Virus record (IMG/VR): IMGVR_UViG_3300030012_002778
Location: 1 to 56,186 of that record
Direction: 5' to 3' (one strand)
Source: a virus
Lineage: Duplodnaviria; Caudoviricetes
Length of the DNA: 56,186 nt
The position numbers and the translations under genes are program-made. Below, in pieces: positions 20,636 to 30,823 of the stretch. Numbering within the stretch: the stretch's first letter is position 1; every line of letters begins with the position of its first letter. The notes beneath the pieces are model-generated. The model worked only from the letters and a program-made list of their open reading frames with translations. It was not told the DNA's origin and did no database searches.

Positions 20636-22054
20636 CTAGAAATTTAAACCGATAGCGTTTCTTCTTTGCGGCTTATCATCACCAAACAAACCTAAGTCAT
20701 CTAGCAATATGAAATTGTCGTTGGCTTGGTAAGTAGCGGCATTTGCTAATGCTAAACTCATAACCATGTCGTCATGTGCGCCAACTCCCTCAAACTTACC
20801 TCTTTCTGTAATAGCAAACATTGACATTTCTTCAATCAAGGCAGAAGTTGTTCTACGGCTTTCTTCATTACCATAAGGAAAATTCAACTTGTTGTTTTCT
20901 AGAGTCATTTGTAGATTCAAAATAATCTCCTGCTTTTTTCTTCTTGTGGTATTGAAGTCATGCACATTTAAATCTGCAACCTGTCTAAGTTCTTGAGTAA
21001 AAGATTTAGCAAATGTGTTAGTTTCAAAGAGTATTACCTCCGGTCTAAACATTTTACCTATGAGTTTTACCTTCTGTATGTTTTCACGGAACTCCACATT
21101 TTTTGCTCGGTCAATATAGACTATTGATTTATTCTCATTTTCATCCATCTCTATAACAGTAATTACATTGTAATCTCCATCGGTAGAAATCGCAGGGTCT
21201 ACTCCAACATAATATTTGTAGCCTTCACGCTTTAAAGGCTTCAATACTAAATCCTTATTTTTCGCTGCATCTAAATGTTCGGGATTAAATAAAGAAGTTC
21301 CAGTAGAAATAGGCACACACATATATTCTCTAGTAAATTTAAGAGAACCAATTTCAGCCTTTCTCGCCATCAGCGAATCATAATCCCAACGACTAGGCCA
21401 TAAAGGTTCATTAAGTGCATTAAGACAAGGATAGGTTCTAAGAGTATATGCTTTATTTTCAGCAAGTTGAGCATAGATATCTGTATAACTAAATGGAGTT
21501 CCAATAACTCTCAATGAAGCAGAATGATGAAGTGTTGGTATCATGTCACCATAAAACCAATCTGTTACTTTTTGTATCCCACTTATACTAAATTCCTTCA
21601 AGGGGTCGTCAATAATAATTTCTTGCGGGTGTAGTCCACGAATCTGTGAACCGACTGAACGCTCTAAGATTTGATTGCCGTTAGTAAGAGTAATGTTTCC
21701 AATAGCCCAACCTCTAGCGGGTTTGAATTTTTTCAACATTGGATTATTAAACATTTTATCTATGTCTCTCATGTGAACCATTGTCTGTTTTTGGTTAGAA
21801 GAAATGTATAGCATTTGATATGGAGGAGGTTGGAAAATTAAATTCCAAACTACCCAACTATGCATGAATACTGATTTACCATGGCCTCTTGAACAAATGA
21901 TAACACTTCTTTGTGTATCCCCCATAAGTTCTAGCCATTCTTCTTGGTGTTTAGCAAATTCCCAACCTAAAACATTTTCAAAAAAATATGGAAAGGAATT
22001 TTTAGATAACTCCATATCCATTTGATGTTCAAAGTTTAGTTCTTCTAAATCCAT
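20636..22054 (-). CDS. terL: Terminase large subunit
   Basis: Walker A SRGHGKS, IRGLH..IIIDD Walker B, IGTP, nuclease GVDPA and HDDMVMS. Confidence 0.92.
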   Translation of the reverse strand: MDLEELNFEHQMDMELSKNSFPYFFENVLGWEFAKHQEEWLELMGDTQRSVIICSRGHGKSVFMHSWVVWNLIFQPPPYQMLYISSNQKQTMVHMRDIDKMFNNPMLKKFKPARGWAIGNITLTNGNQILERSVGSQIRGLHPQEIIIDDPLKEFSISGIQKVTDWFYGDMIPTLHHSASLRVIGTPFSYTDIYAQLAENKAYTLRTYPCLNALNEPLWPSRWDYDSLMARKAEIGSLKFTREYMCVPISTGTSLFNPEHLDAAKNKDLVLKPLKREGYKYYVGVDPAISTDGDYNVITVIEMDENENKSIVYIDRAKNVEFRENIQKVKLIGKMFRPEVILFETNTFAKSFTQELRQVADLNVHDFNTTRRKKQEIILNLQMTLENNKLNFPYGNEESRRTTSALIEEMSMFAITERGKFEGVGAHDDMVMSLALANAATYQANDNFILLDDLGLFGDDKPQRRNAIGLNF

Positions 22055-22581
22055 TACCTTCTCCCCATCGTAAAAGGATTGAAGGGTTCTTCCCTTCTTC
22101 CGCCTTTTTGTTTTGGTCTGTGACCTCTTTTGATTCCGGTAAAATATATATCTAACTTCTTGTAATTAGGATTATAATTATGACCATCATTTATGTGAGT
22201 AAGCGCAATCACCTTTTCATATCTTTCTTGGTCTTTATTCATAAGAGAACTAACCTTAGTCGAAGTTCTTGGTAAGTTGCCTTGGGTCATGACTTTAATC
22301 ATCAAATAACTCCTATCGCCCACACTAGAATTAAGATAGTGCCAATAGTCACCTACAGAAAGAGAAGCGTATTTTTGTTCTATTTCCGGACTAATTACTT
22401 TACTCGTTTGAATTTTTCTATCTTTCATACTTTTCATGTAATGAGGCATAAAAATAATAGCAGTATTTCCTGATATAGAATCTTTGGTTTCGGCATACCC
22501 ATCAGCCGCTTTGTCTTTAGGTCTAGGGTCTTGGCCATAATCTTGACTAGGACGAAGTTTGAGAATATCCTTCCATAACAT
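22054..22581 (-). CDS. W-tag hypothetical protein
   Basis: Likely start MLWKDILK at 22581. Confidence 0.7.
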   Translation of the reverse strand: MLWKDILKLRPSQDYGQDPRPKDKAADGYAETKDSISGNTAIIFMPHYMKSMKDRKIQTSKVISPEIEQKYASLSVGDYWHYLNSSVGDRSYLMIKVMTQGNLPRTSTKVSSLMNKDQERYEKVIALTHINDGHNYNPNYKKLDIYFTGIKRGHRPKQKGGRREEPFNPFTMGRR

Positions 22582-22582
22582 T

Positions 22583-23422
22583 TCAATTCCCATCCTCAAT
22601 GTCATATCTCTCGTTACTGCTTCTAAGCATTTCTTCTAGTATTCCTCGGTATGCTTCAGCCCTTCTTCTTGGTCTAGAAAATCCTAGTTTTAGATAATAC
22701 AAAACCATTCTTCTATTTATGCCTGACAGATTTGTATATTTGACATACTTGGTTCTATCTACTGGAACCTCATCATTGAGTATTCTTTCTTTTAGTGTAA
22801 GCCATTGACTATCTGAAATTGCTTTCATAGAATTAGGCTTGGCTTTCACTATATTCCACCACTCAGGCATTTCATCATCTATAAATATCCACTTCGCTAA
22901 ACTTTCAGCATCAGTAATAGGTCTTATAGCCCAATTGCCTTTAGGATAGGCCGTATTCCATTCATTAATAACCGCTTCGGGCAATAAATTTTTTACTTGG
23001 TCAAAATTCTCATCTTTAGAGAATATCCAACCCCTGCTTCTTCCTCTTTGAATCCATGCTTCAGGACTTCCCTCTCTTGCACCAAAAGCGGCAACTAGTG
23101 GCTTAGATTGATTCATTTGTGGTTCTCTTGCAGACTGTAATGCTCTTTCATTTTTCCCTAAACCTTCTTCAAATTCAGGTCTTCTTGGGTTAGCACGATG
23201 GGTTGCTAATAATCCTCCGACAACAGTATGTGAAGGGTATTCCTTCCAACCTATTGTTGCTATAGTTCTATCATTATCATCAACACGGATAAGCCATTTA
23301 TCTAAGGCATAAATTCCTTGTTGCAGTTCGTCCCTACGAGAATAAAGATTATTTGGATTATCCTGATTCCATTTACTTTTCATATCTTCATATGAAAATA
23401 TTGCAGGTAAGACTTTAACCAA
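22583..23422 (-). CDS. Hypothetical protein, possible GNAT-like N-domain; internal W-tag
   Basis: 'IATIGWKEY..TVVGGLLA' beta pattern; internal EWWNIVKA. Confidence 0.55.
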   Translation of the reverse strand: MVKVLPAIFSYEDMKSKWNQDNPNNLYSRRDELQQGIYALDKWLIRVDDNDRTIATIGWKEYPSHTVVGGLLATHRANPRRPEFEEGLGKNERALQSAREPQMNQSKPLVAAFGAREGSPEAWIQRGRSRGWIFSKDENFDQVKNLLPEAVINEWNTAYPKGNWAIRPITDAESLAKWIFIDDEMPEWWNIVKAKPNSMKAISDSQWLTLKERILNDEVPVDRTKYVKYTNLSGINRRMVLYYLKLGFSRPRRRAEAYRGILEEMLRSSNERYDIEDGN

Positions 23423-23426
23423 AATA

Positions 23427-23762
23427 TCACGAACCTTTACGCCAATTTTTGTTTTTCTTTTCTTTGGTTTTCTTAGGACTCCACTTTACTTTGTTAGCCC
23501 AATAAGCCGCAGACATTTTACCTCTTTTGATATTTTTAGCATGCCTACTCTTGAAAGCCCTTCGTTGCCCTGCGGTTTGGTTTGTCTTAACTCCCTTTTG
23601 ACCAAACCTAATAGTCTTAACTTTATCTCCGTCTTTGACCACTACAATATGTGACTTGGTTTTATGTTTTATTCGCTTTGGTTTACTAAAACCGCTTACT
23701 CCTGCTCTTACTAAAGCAGGGTGTTTCTTTTTCTTTTTTAGAATTTCAAACCATTTACTCAT
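23427..23762 (-). CDS. Highly basic W-tag protein (KTIRFG...RH...SAAYW family seen in many viruses)
   Basis: MSKWFEILKK start; 'KTIRFGQKG..RRAFKSRH..SAAYWANKVKW'. Confidence 0.7.
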   Translation of the reverse strand: MSKWFEILKKKKKHPALVRAGVSGFSKPKRIKHKTKSHIVVVKDGDKVKTIRFGQKGVKTNQTAGQRRAFKSRHAKNIKRGKMSAAYWANKVKWSPKKTKEKKNKNWRKGS

Positions 23763-24330
23763 AAGCATCACCAATAATATATCCTAATTTTTTACCTGCT
23801 TCTATATCGCTCGGATAATGACTTCCCATCTGAATTCTAGATAATGATATTCTATCAGCCATTTGTTTTAATTCTTTCTTCTTATTTGGGTATTTCTTTC
23901 CTAATGCTATTTCTAATCCATGAGCCGCCATAGAATGACCACTTGGAAAAGCAGGAGTATCGTCTGTAGTTGTTTTAGTTGATTTAATTTTATTAGTAAT
24001 TTCATGTGGTCTTGGTCTTTGGTATTTCATTTTTAACGACATAGCATAATAATTAATATCTTTAATTAAATCTTCATAATCTTCTCTATCTGCATCAACT
24101 ATCCTAAACATTTCTTTTTCGGGTTTAAGGTCTGCATCTTTCATTTGTTTTGGGCTAAGAGTTTTCTTTTCCATTATTTTTAGAATAGCAGGTATTTCTG
24201 TTTCCTCTTGTGGATAACTTAATTTAGGAATATCTACTTTTGTTTTAGGAGTTCTCTCAAGCATTTTACTTTTTTCTTTAGAAAGTGTTCCTTGCCACTT
24301 TCTTTTCTTGAGAATATCCATCCAACTCAT
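23755..24330 (-). CDS. PAP2-superfamily phosphatase with W-tag
   Basis: KxxxxRPRP, AFPSGH, SRxxxGxHYPSD; start MSWMDILKK at 24330. Confidence 0.88.
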   Translation of the reverse strand: MSWMDILKKRKWQGTLSKEKSKMLERTPKTKVDIPKLSYPQEETEIPAILKIMEKKTLSPKQMKDADLKPEKEMFRIVDADREDYEDLIKDINYYAMSLKMKYQRPRPHEITNKIKSTKTTTDDTPAFPSGHSMAAHGLEIALGKKYPNKKKELKQMADRISLSRIQMGSHYPSDIEAGKKLGYIIGDAYE

Positions 24331-24334
24331 TATA

Positions 24335-24604
24335 TCACTTTGGTTCGTGTGTATAGATATCTCCATCTTTATGCATGAATATCTTACCTTCTTTTTCTAA
24401 TTTAGCCAAGGCTCTTTTTATTTCTGATTCTTCACCAAACTGTTTTAGATTTTTCATACCTAATGCTCCGCCTTCTTTTTCTATTTCTCTAAGAATTTGA
24501 CGCTCTATTTTTGCTGTTTTCATTTTAGGACTGATATTCATAAAGTCGGTCATTTCATCCGGGTCTTCTTCTAAGATATTTTTTATTATGTCTTTCCATG
24601 TCAT
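24335..24604 (-). CDS. W-tag small wHTH-like protein
   Basis: MTWKDIIK; 'EIKRALAKLEKEGKIFMHKDG' wHTH-like wing. Confidence 0.6.
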   Translation of the reverse strand: MTWKDIIKNILEEDPDEMTDFMNISPKMKTAKIERQILREIEKEGGALGMKNLKQFGEESEIKRALAKLEKEGKIFMHKDGDIYTHEPK

Positions 24605-25056
24605 TTTTTCATCCTCGCTGTTTTTCTTTTACTGGACTCTTTTCTTGCCAATGCTACTTTATGTGCAGCATTCAATCTCTTTTTTGCTTTGGGGTCTTTG
24701 GCTCTTTTAGCCGCTACTCTTGCCCTTTGCTCAACTAAGTTAATTATTTGTGACTGTCTTTTATGTGGTTTTGATTTAAATGAGGCACTAGAAAAAGTAT
24801 CTCTTACATCTTTCGCTGTTTTAAATTTAACACTAACAGTATCTTTTGGGTTTTCATCCGTATATAATCTTCTAGCAGAACCCTTTGGTTTCTTGCCAGT
24901 TCCTTTCTTTGGGTCTTTTTTTAGAATATTTTGCCAACTCTTTTTCACATAACCACTAGCATAAGCGGCTTGAGCAACTTGAACCGCTTTTTTTCTAGTT
25001 TTAAATGGCCCTTTGGAACCCCAATAATAGCCATCTTTCTTTTTGGTTATCGGCAT
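24601..25056 (-). CDS. Basic two-module protein with internal W-tag
   Basis: MPITKKKDGYYWGSKG module, KSWQNILKK linker, then GTGKKPKGSARRLYTDENP module. Confidence 0.7.
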   Translation of the reverse strand: MPITKKKDGYYWGSKGPFKTRKKAVQVAQAAYASGYVKKSWQNILKKDPKKGTGKKPKGSARRLYTDENPKDTVSVKFKTAKDVRDTFSSASFKSKPHKRQSQIINLVEQRARVAAKRAKDPKAKKRLNAAHKVALARKESSKRKTARMKK

Positions 25057-25061
25057 AGTAA

Positions 25062-25346
25062 TCACTTTTGGCTAAACTTCTTTCCTGTTGGAACATGCTG
25101 TTGTCCCTTTTTACGGCCTTTTCTTTTTTTAGCATCTTGATACCTTAAAGTTTTTTTATCAGTTCTTTTGTATGTCGCTCTCGGCATGTATCTTCCTTTA
25201 GTCCTAGATTTAGGTTTTTTACCTTTATCTTTGGCTCTATGCTGTTCAGCACTTCCCCAGTCTTCATCAGTCCAAGTGGATAAATCCTGTTGCCTCTTTG
25301 ATTTGGCTTTGAGAATTTTACGCCAGTTAATTCCGATAGCCACCAC
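25062..25346 (-). CDS. Basic W-tag protein (second half of a split GQWSARKAQ-type family protein); non-ATG start
   Basis: INWRKILKAKSKRQQDLSTWTDEDWG...GRYMP; only GTG (25346/25343) or ATT (25331) available near the tag. Confidence 0.6.
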   Translation of the reverse strand: MVAIGINWRKILKAKSKRQQDLSTWTDEDWGSAEQHRAKDKGKKPKSRTKGRYMPRATYKRTDKKTLRYQDAKKRKGRKKGQQHVPTGKKFSQK

Positions 25347-25728
25347 CAGCCCTCTTATACGCTTGAGCCAGCATCTGTGCTTTTCTTGCAGACCATTGAC
25401 CGGGCGCACCGCCCTTGCCGCCTCTTTTTATTCTGTTGAATATTCTCTTTCTCATTCCGGGTTTAGTGTAATTACCGGATTGATTTACTGTAGATTTCTT
25501 TTTCTTTTTTAGAACTTCTTGCCATTGAGATTTAGATAAAACCCTTGGCCTCGATGCAATACTCGCAAACTGGCTAGAATCTATCTTTTTTGCATCTTTT
25601 TCCAACATCGTTATAATTTGTTCATGCGTTAATTGTTTCCAATTAGTTAGCCTACTAGGTCTTTGCATTCTTTGAAACTCTCTTTTTTGAGCAGGGGTTA
25701 ATCTATTATATCTTTCTTGTAGACTCAT
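25327..25728 (-). CDS. Basic protein with internal W-tag and GQWSARKAQ module
   Basis: SQWQEVLKK then NYTKPGMRKRI...PGQWSARKAQMLAQAYKRAGGGY. Confidence 0.75.
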   Translation of the reverse strand: MSLQERYNRLTPAQKREFQRMQRPSRLTNWKQLTHEQIITMLEKDAKKIDSSQFASIASRPRVLSKSQWQEVLKKKKKSTVNQSGNYTKPGMRKRIFNRIKRGGKGGAPGQWSARKAQMLAQAYKRAGGGYRN

Positions 25729-25732
25729 GTTA

Positions 25733-28228
25733 TCACCTAAAGTTAGCCTTAATCAAATAAACTTGGTCAGAATCTATACCGTATTCTTTTGAAATATTAT
25801 TGTGTGAATCTTCGGACTTCACAATATTTTCTATTTCTAAATGACTCAAATCAACAGATTCTTCTACATACATTCTATCTATCATTTTCTCTATAGAATC
25901 ATGTGTCAAATTCATGAAGCCATATTCTACCCTTTTACCGAGTTGTTTTCTTATTATATCATGCGCCTTTAACATCTTAGTAAGAACTATTGGTAAATCA
26001 TCTTCTACCTTTTCAAATAATTTTTTAAGTCTGTTATATTGTTTTTTCATGCCAGTTTCTTTTGTTAGTATTCCTTGGTGTCTGTCTAAGAAATATGGCA
26101 GGGCGAATATGGGAAACGCTTCTCTACTCATATAGCCTCTCTCAAAGTCTTCGGCTCTATCCTGTATTGTTGAGCCATTGAAATCTTCTTCAGCATAAGT
26201 CATATCTTCCATTTCTTCCATAAAGTGCATAAGTAAAGCACTGATATAGTTATCATTTCTTTCTTCGGTGTTTTCTCCAAATATTTCCGAAAGTGCTACC
26301 GAGGCTTTTTCACCGGCATCAACTACTTCTTGAGTTATTTCAAAATTAGGTCTATCTAAGAATTCTAGGAAATCAGCAATCTCTCTTAGATTAGAGGTTT
26401 CTAAACCACCATCACCAACACTAGCAAGTTGTTCATATGCTCCACCCATTACTGTTTCAAGACCTAAATCTTTAGACAAAACATCAAGGACTTTAGCACC
26501 TCTTCCCGAAATAAAACTAGGTGTGTCAATTGGTAATCTACCTGCATACATCGGAGTAATGTAGTATTGATTTGCTGATTCTAAGAATCTAGCAATAATT
26601 CCATTAAACTCTTGTAGACTCTCATCTAGTTTTCCTCTAGTAGCAGGATTCATTGGTCTTGACCGTCCACCCGCTTGTAATCTTCCCATTTGTTCTCTAT
26701 AGGTTCCTCCGGCAGTCGGAGGTGCTTCACTTGTCATTTGTGCTTCTGCTCCAAAAGTGCTTCCTAAAGTTCTTCCTCGCCCTGTGGCTCTTGGGGCTGA
26801 AGCAAATCCAAATTTCTTACTAGTTAATCCGATGTGAATTTTATCCAGTAAATCATCTATTTTATCTTCTACATCTAAACTAATGCTATCTCCTCTATTG
26901 AAACCGGCAGGTAATTTGCTAGGAATTTTAGCAAATGTTCTAAACTTAGAATCATTAAGAACAGAAATAGGTAGATGATATTCTCCTTTTTCACTAGCAA
27001 AACTATCTTCTATCTGTTCTAAAAATTCATCCACATCGGTTTGGAAATCTAAAACTATATCATCTTGCTTAAGTGCTTCAAGCGCATCACCTATTTCAGC
27101 AAACCCATCTTGAGTTAATGCTAATAGTTTTTTATTTCTCATTACTTCAAATGCTAATAGCGGGTCTATGAATAATCTCTCTTCGTCAATCAAGTCTTCT
27201 TGTTCTTCGATAGAATCTGTTGCTAACTGTTCTTCCATATAGCCTTCATCTCTATGTGAGGCTTCTAATCCATCCCATTGAGATAAGTAATCTTGTTCCC
27301 ATTCTTCCATACCGGATTCATCAACATCATCTTCATCTCCCTCTTGGATTTCTATCTTCTTTCTGGATAGCCCCTTAGTTATGAGAAGATTTTCTAATAC
27401 TGCTACTAATCTATCTACTGGTTTTACTTCACGAATTGAAACTAATGGATATCTAGCAATATATTCTAGATTTTCTCCTTCAAATTCTGTTCTTAATTTA
27501 GAAAAATATTGCTTGAATTTTGCATTATCACTTTGTTCTGCGGCTTCAAATAAAGCATCCAAGTCTTCTTTGAACTGTTCATACCTTTCGGAAACCTCTT
27601 CCCAAAATTCGTAGATATCTTCTCTTTGGCCTAATTTAGAAAGAGGAGTAGCACCAAGATATTTTCTAACATTTACTCGAATGGTTTTCATCTTCTGTTG
27701 TGTTTCTGCTTGACTAATTCTTCTCGTTAGTAAGTTTTGTATTCTTGTTATGTTTTCTCTTAGTGTTTGTATTTGACCCTCACCATACTTTTGTTTTATT
27801 TCATTAGTATTTACAAAACCATCTAACTGTTGTTGAAAAGAAGACTCTAAAATTTCTCTTTGACTGGTATCCCCAATAGTAATGTTTTGTAGTCTTTCTG
27901 TCAATAAATCATCAACATCTAAATTTATTCCTGATTCGTCTTTTATTTTTAATTTTTTTACCGCATCAAAAATAAATTGTCTTGGGTCTGTAAACTTAAG
28001 TTGTTTTAATTCCGCCATTAAGCCACTTCTAAATGAACGAAGTTTCTTTGCTAGTTCTTCTCCTTCTACCCCGTCTTGAGTTAATTTTACCCTTTGTGCC
28101 TCGACTAATTGTTTAAGAGCAGTAACTCTTTCGGGGCTTCTATCTTCAGTGGTCTTGCCTATGTTCTGTAGGCTTTGCATTAGTTTGGTATCTTGTCTAA
28201 TGTCATCTCTTACTGTCATATTTATCAC
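25733..28228 (-). CDS. Large acidic hypothetical protein (possible internal virion protein)
   Basis: 831-aa ORF; C-terminal MLKAH/IVKSE segment. Confidence 0.75.
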   Translation of the reverse strand: MINMTVRDDIRQDTKLMQSLQNIGKTTEDRSPERVTALKQLVEAQRVKLTQDGVEGEELAKKLRSFRSGLMAELKQLKFTDPRQFIFDAVKKLKIKDESGINLDVDDLLTERLQNITIGDTSQREILESSFQQQLDGFVNTNEIKQKYGEGQIQTLRENITRIQNLLTRRISQAETQQKMKTIRVNVRKYLGATPLSKLGQREDIYEFWEEVSERYEQFKEDLDALFEAAEQSDNAKFKQYFSKLRTEFEGENLEYIARYPLVSIREVKPVDRLVAVLENLLITKGLSRKKIEIQEGDEDDVDESGMEEWEQDYLSQWDGLEASHRDEGYMEEQLATDSIEEQEDLIDEERLFIDPLLAFEVMRNKKLLALTQDGFAEIGDALEALKQDDIVLDFQTDVDEFLEQIEDSFASEKGEYHLPISVLNDSKFRTFAKIPSKLPAGFNRGDSISLDVEDKIDDLLDKIHIGLTSKKFGFASAPRATGRGRTLGSTFGAEAQMTSEAPPTAGGTYREQMGRLQAGGRSRPMNPATRGKLDESLQEFNGIIARFLESANQYYITPMYAGRLPIDTPSFISGRGAKVLDVLSKDLGLETVMGGAYEQLASVGDGGLETSNLREIADFLEFLDRPNFEITQEVVDAGEKASVALSEIFGENTEERNDNYISALLMHFMEEMEDMTYAEEDFNGSTIQDRAEDFERGYMSREAFPIFALPYFLDRHQGILTKETGMKKQYNRLKKLFEKVEDDLPIVLTKMLKAHDIIRKQLGKRVEYGFMNLTHDSIEKMIDRMYVEESVDLSHLEIENIVKSEDSHNNISKEYGIDSDQVYLIKANFR

Positions 28229-30162
28229 CGAATCAATTGTTTGTCTTTGAATGCTTTTACTGCTATAGGAACATTACTTTGTTTTCTTGGGAAATACTTT
28301 TCATAATTTTTTCCAAAGTCTTCTAGTCTTAATTGAAATCCACTAATTAATTGTATTTTTGCTTCTTTTAGGAAAGATATCATCTTATCATTTAGTTCGT
28401 TAGCCAGTTCCAACTGTTTACTAGTGTTTCCCCTGTTATTATCTATAGATATGAATGTGTCGGCTATTAATCCATCTGTTCCGGTATCTAATATTCCTTG
28501 TTCCCCTAATCTAGATAGAACAATTAAACTATTTTTAGGTGACAATTTATCAAAGGTCGCAGCCCTCGCAGCAGATTCTTTTGTCAGTGGTTCTAATTTT
28601 GAATCATTAGAATAGTCTACAATAAATTGAGCAAAATCACCTGTATTCAGCATACTTTGTCTTAGTCTGCCTAAAGTAACTTCTACGCCTTTTTCTTTTT
28701 GTTTGCTTTCTATGTCCTCTATTAATTCCGATGGAGACACTTGACTGTCATCTAAAAATATTTTAGCGTAAGAAGCACCGGATTCGTTTTCTATTAGAGT
28801 ATCTGTGTTATCATAATATTCTATATTCAGGTCGCCAAAGACGAAATCTGCATCTTCTGTAGAATCATATATTTCTTGGAAAGCATCGGCCTCTTTCACT
28901 GTAAATTTATCTTGATATTTGTCTTGGAAAATATTACTTTGATAGGCGGTAGCCTCTTGACTAAAAGCAGTATTCAAATTAGTATCGTTCTTGATAAACT
29001 CTCTAAGTTTTTTTCTCTTTGCTTTAATATTTCCTGTTAATTCTAAATCTCTAAAGGGAACTAAACTTGTTCCTAGACTACTTCTAGAAGGATTACTATT
29101 GTCTTCTAGTCCCTCTATGATAGACTCGATTAGTATTCTTTCTGCTATTTTCTCACTCACAAAGGCATTTGTTCTAACTGCGTCAAAAAATTGTTTGAAC
29201 CAGTTATCTCCGCCAAAAGTTCCCATTATCAAAAGCCTCCCATATGGATTCAAAGATAGGCTTTTGGTGGTTTTTGACTGTTTTTCTAAGAATATTGCAT
29301 CAGCAGGAAAGTCAAAACCGTTTTTCATTTCTGTTGGAATGAATTTACCTACACTCCCCGGAATATCCTCTAATGCAATCAAATAATTCTCAACATCTAC
29401 TGAAGTTAGCGTTTCTTTTGCATCAAATTTGACTCCCGAAGCAACCATTGTATCGGTTTCCGATACAGCCGCTAATCTTCTACCACTACTTTCTAAATCC
29501 GGCTCATATTCTGCCATCTCTCTTCTTATTTTAGCAGTATCTTGTCCTAAACTGTTTAAAAATGCGTTAGCGTTAGGAAAATTAGTCTGTATTGTGTCGC
29601 CAACTACTCTTGAGCCAGTTATTTTAGCAAAATCGGCAAGAATTTTTTGAAATTTTTGTTTTTTTGTCCCGCTAGTTGGAACAGCATTGAATTTTAGAGT
29701 GAATCCTTCACCAAAAGAGTCAAAAACTCTTAATTTTGCTCTTAATTTTGTATTTGCCTCGTAACTTCTAGTGGATTTGCTTCTAACTTCGTTGATTTTT
29801 TGAGAAAGTTCAGAAAATTTAGTCTCGTCTCCCTCTTTTTTTGCTGAAATCGCTTCATCTACTAGTGTTTCAAGTTGTTTTGTCTCTCTCATTTGCTCCG
29901 GCTTGATAGAATTTAGCAATTTTTTTAGATTTTCTTCTATTTTTTCTTTGGAGACATTAGGAAGTGGTAATTTTTTTAGCATCGAATCAACAGTTATGTT
30001 GTTCGCCTTGATATTATTTATGATTCCTTTGAAACTAGCAGTCAATTGTTCGGATTCTTGGATTTCTTCTATCAATGAATCTGTTTTAGAATCATCGGCA
30101 AGCGCAATTAACAAAGTAATGTTAGAAGCAGGTTGCGCTTTTAGAAGAATTTGCCAACTCAT
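28225..30162 (-). CDS. Large W-tag hypothetical protein
   Basis: Start reassigned to MSWQILLKA at 30162. Confidence 0.75.
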   Translation of the reverse strand: MSWQILLKAQPASNITLLIALADDSKTDSLIEEIQESEQLTASFKGIINNIKANNITVDSMLKKLPLPNVSKEKIEENLKKLLNSIKPEQMRETKQLETLVDEAISAKKEGDETKFSELSQKINEVRSKSTRSYEANTKLRAKLRVFDSFGEGFTLKFNAVPTSGTKKQKFQKILADFAKITGSRVVGDTIQTNFPNANAFLNSLGQDTAKIRREMAEYEPDLESSGRRLAAVSETDTMVASGVKFDAKETLTSVDVENYLIALEDIPGSVGKFIPTEMKNGFDFPADAIFLEKQSKTTKSLSLNPYGRLLIMGTFGGDNWFKQFFDAVRTNAFVSEKIAERILIESIIEGLEDNSNPSRSSLGTSLVPFRDLELTGNIKAKRKKLREFIKNDTNLNTAFSQEATAYQSNIFQDKYQDKFTVKEADAFQEIYDSTEDADFVFGDLNIEYYDNTDTLIENESGASYAKIFLDDSQVSPSELIEDIESKQKEKGVEVTLGRLRQSMLNTGDFAQFIVDYSNDSKLEPLTKESAARAATFDKLSPKNSLIVLSRLGEQGILDTGTDGLIADTFISIDNNRGNTSKQLELANELNDKMISFLKEAKIQLISGFQLRLEDFGKNYEKYFPRKQSNVPIAVKAFKDKQLIR

Positions 30163-30821
30163 TGTAACTTCTCCTGCATTCTTTGTTTGATGTCTAACCA
30201 AATCTCCGGATTATTCTGTGCTAACACTTCTTGAACAATCTGCATTTGATGAACTATAACTGTATCTTGTCTCTTATGGATAAGTTTTCCTTTGAACTCC
30301 ATAAGATATTTCAAAGACTCTCTAATTTCTCTAGCAAGTTTAGTTAGAGCATCAATCATCTTAGGGTCTAAATCATTTCCTAGTTCGTTGAAAACTTGCT
30401 CTAATCGAGTATCTAATTTTTGAACATTGTTAGAAAGCAAATCTACTTCATTCAATTCTTTTGTTGCTATCATCATAGCCGCACTTTCTTGAACTATAGG
30501 AGTAAGGTGATTTTTCACATGGCGTTGAATTTGTGCCTTTGTTGTATCTAAAGCAGAAGCCAAATCTTCACTTGTTATTTCCCCGTTCTGCAAAGCCATT
30601 TCGTAATGCTTTCTCATAGGGTCTACACACAATTTACATTGTGGGTTTGAACTCATTTTATATTCGCCCATATGATTTCTTTGGTGTTGAGCCGCAGTTC
30701 CACTTCTCCAATTATATTCAGCATCTAGTTCATCACAAGTTATTTCACCTGCTTCCAACATTCTTTCAAGTTCTTCTCTATCGTCATGTTGGCAAAAACC
30801 ACAACGCTTTCTTGTGACCAT
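30159..30821 (-). CDS. Putative terminase small subunit (tandem Zn/HTH repeats plus coiled coil)
   Basis: Two repeats C-x2-C...G-E-I-T...H-x2-NH, then a helical oligomerisation-like region. Confidence 0.45.
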   Translation of the reverse strand: MVTRKRCGFCQHDDREELERMLEAGEITCDELDAEYNWRSGTAAQHQRNHMGEYKMSSNPQCKLCVDPMRKHYEMALQNGEITSEDLASALDTTKAQIQRHVKNHLTPIVQESAAMMIATKELNEVDLLSNNVQKLDTRLEQVFNELGNDLDPKMIDALTKLAREIRESLKYLMEFKGKLIHKRQDTVIVHQMQIVQEVLAQNNPEIWLDIKQRMQEKLQ

Positions 30822-30823
30822 GA

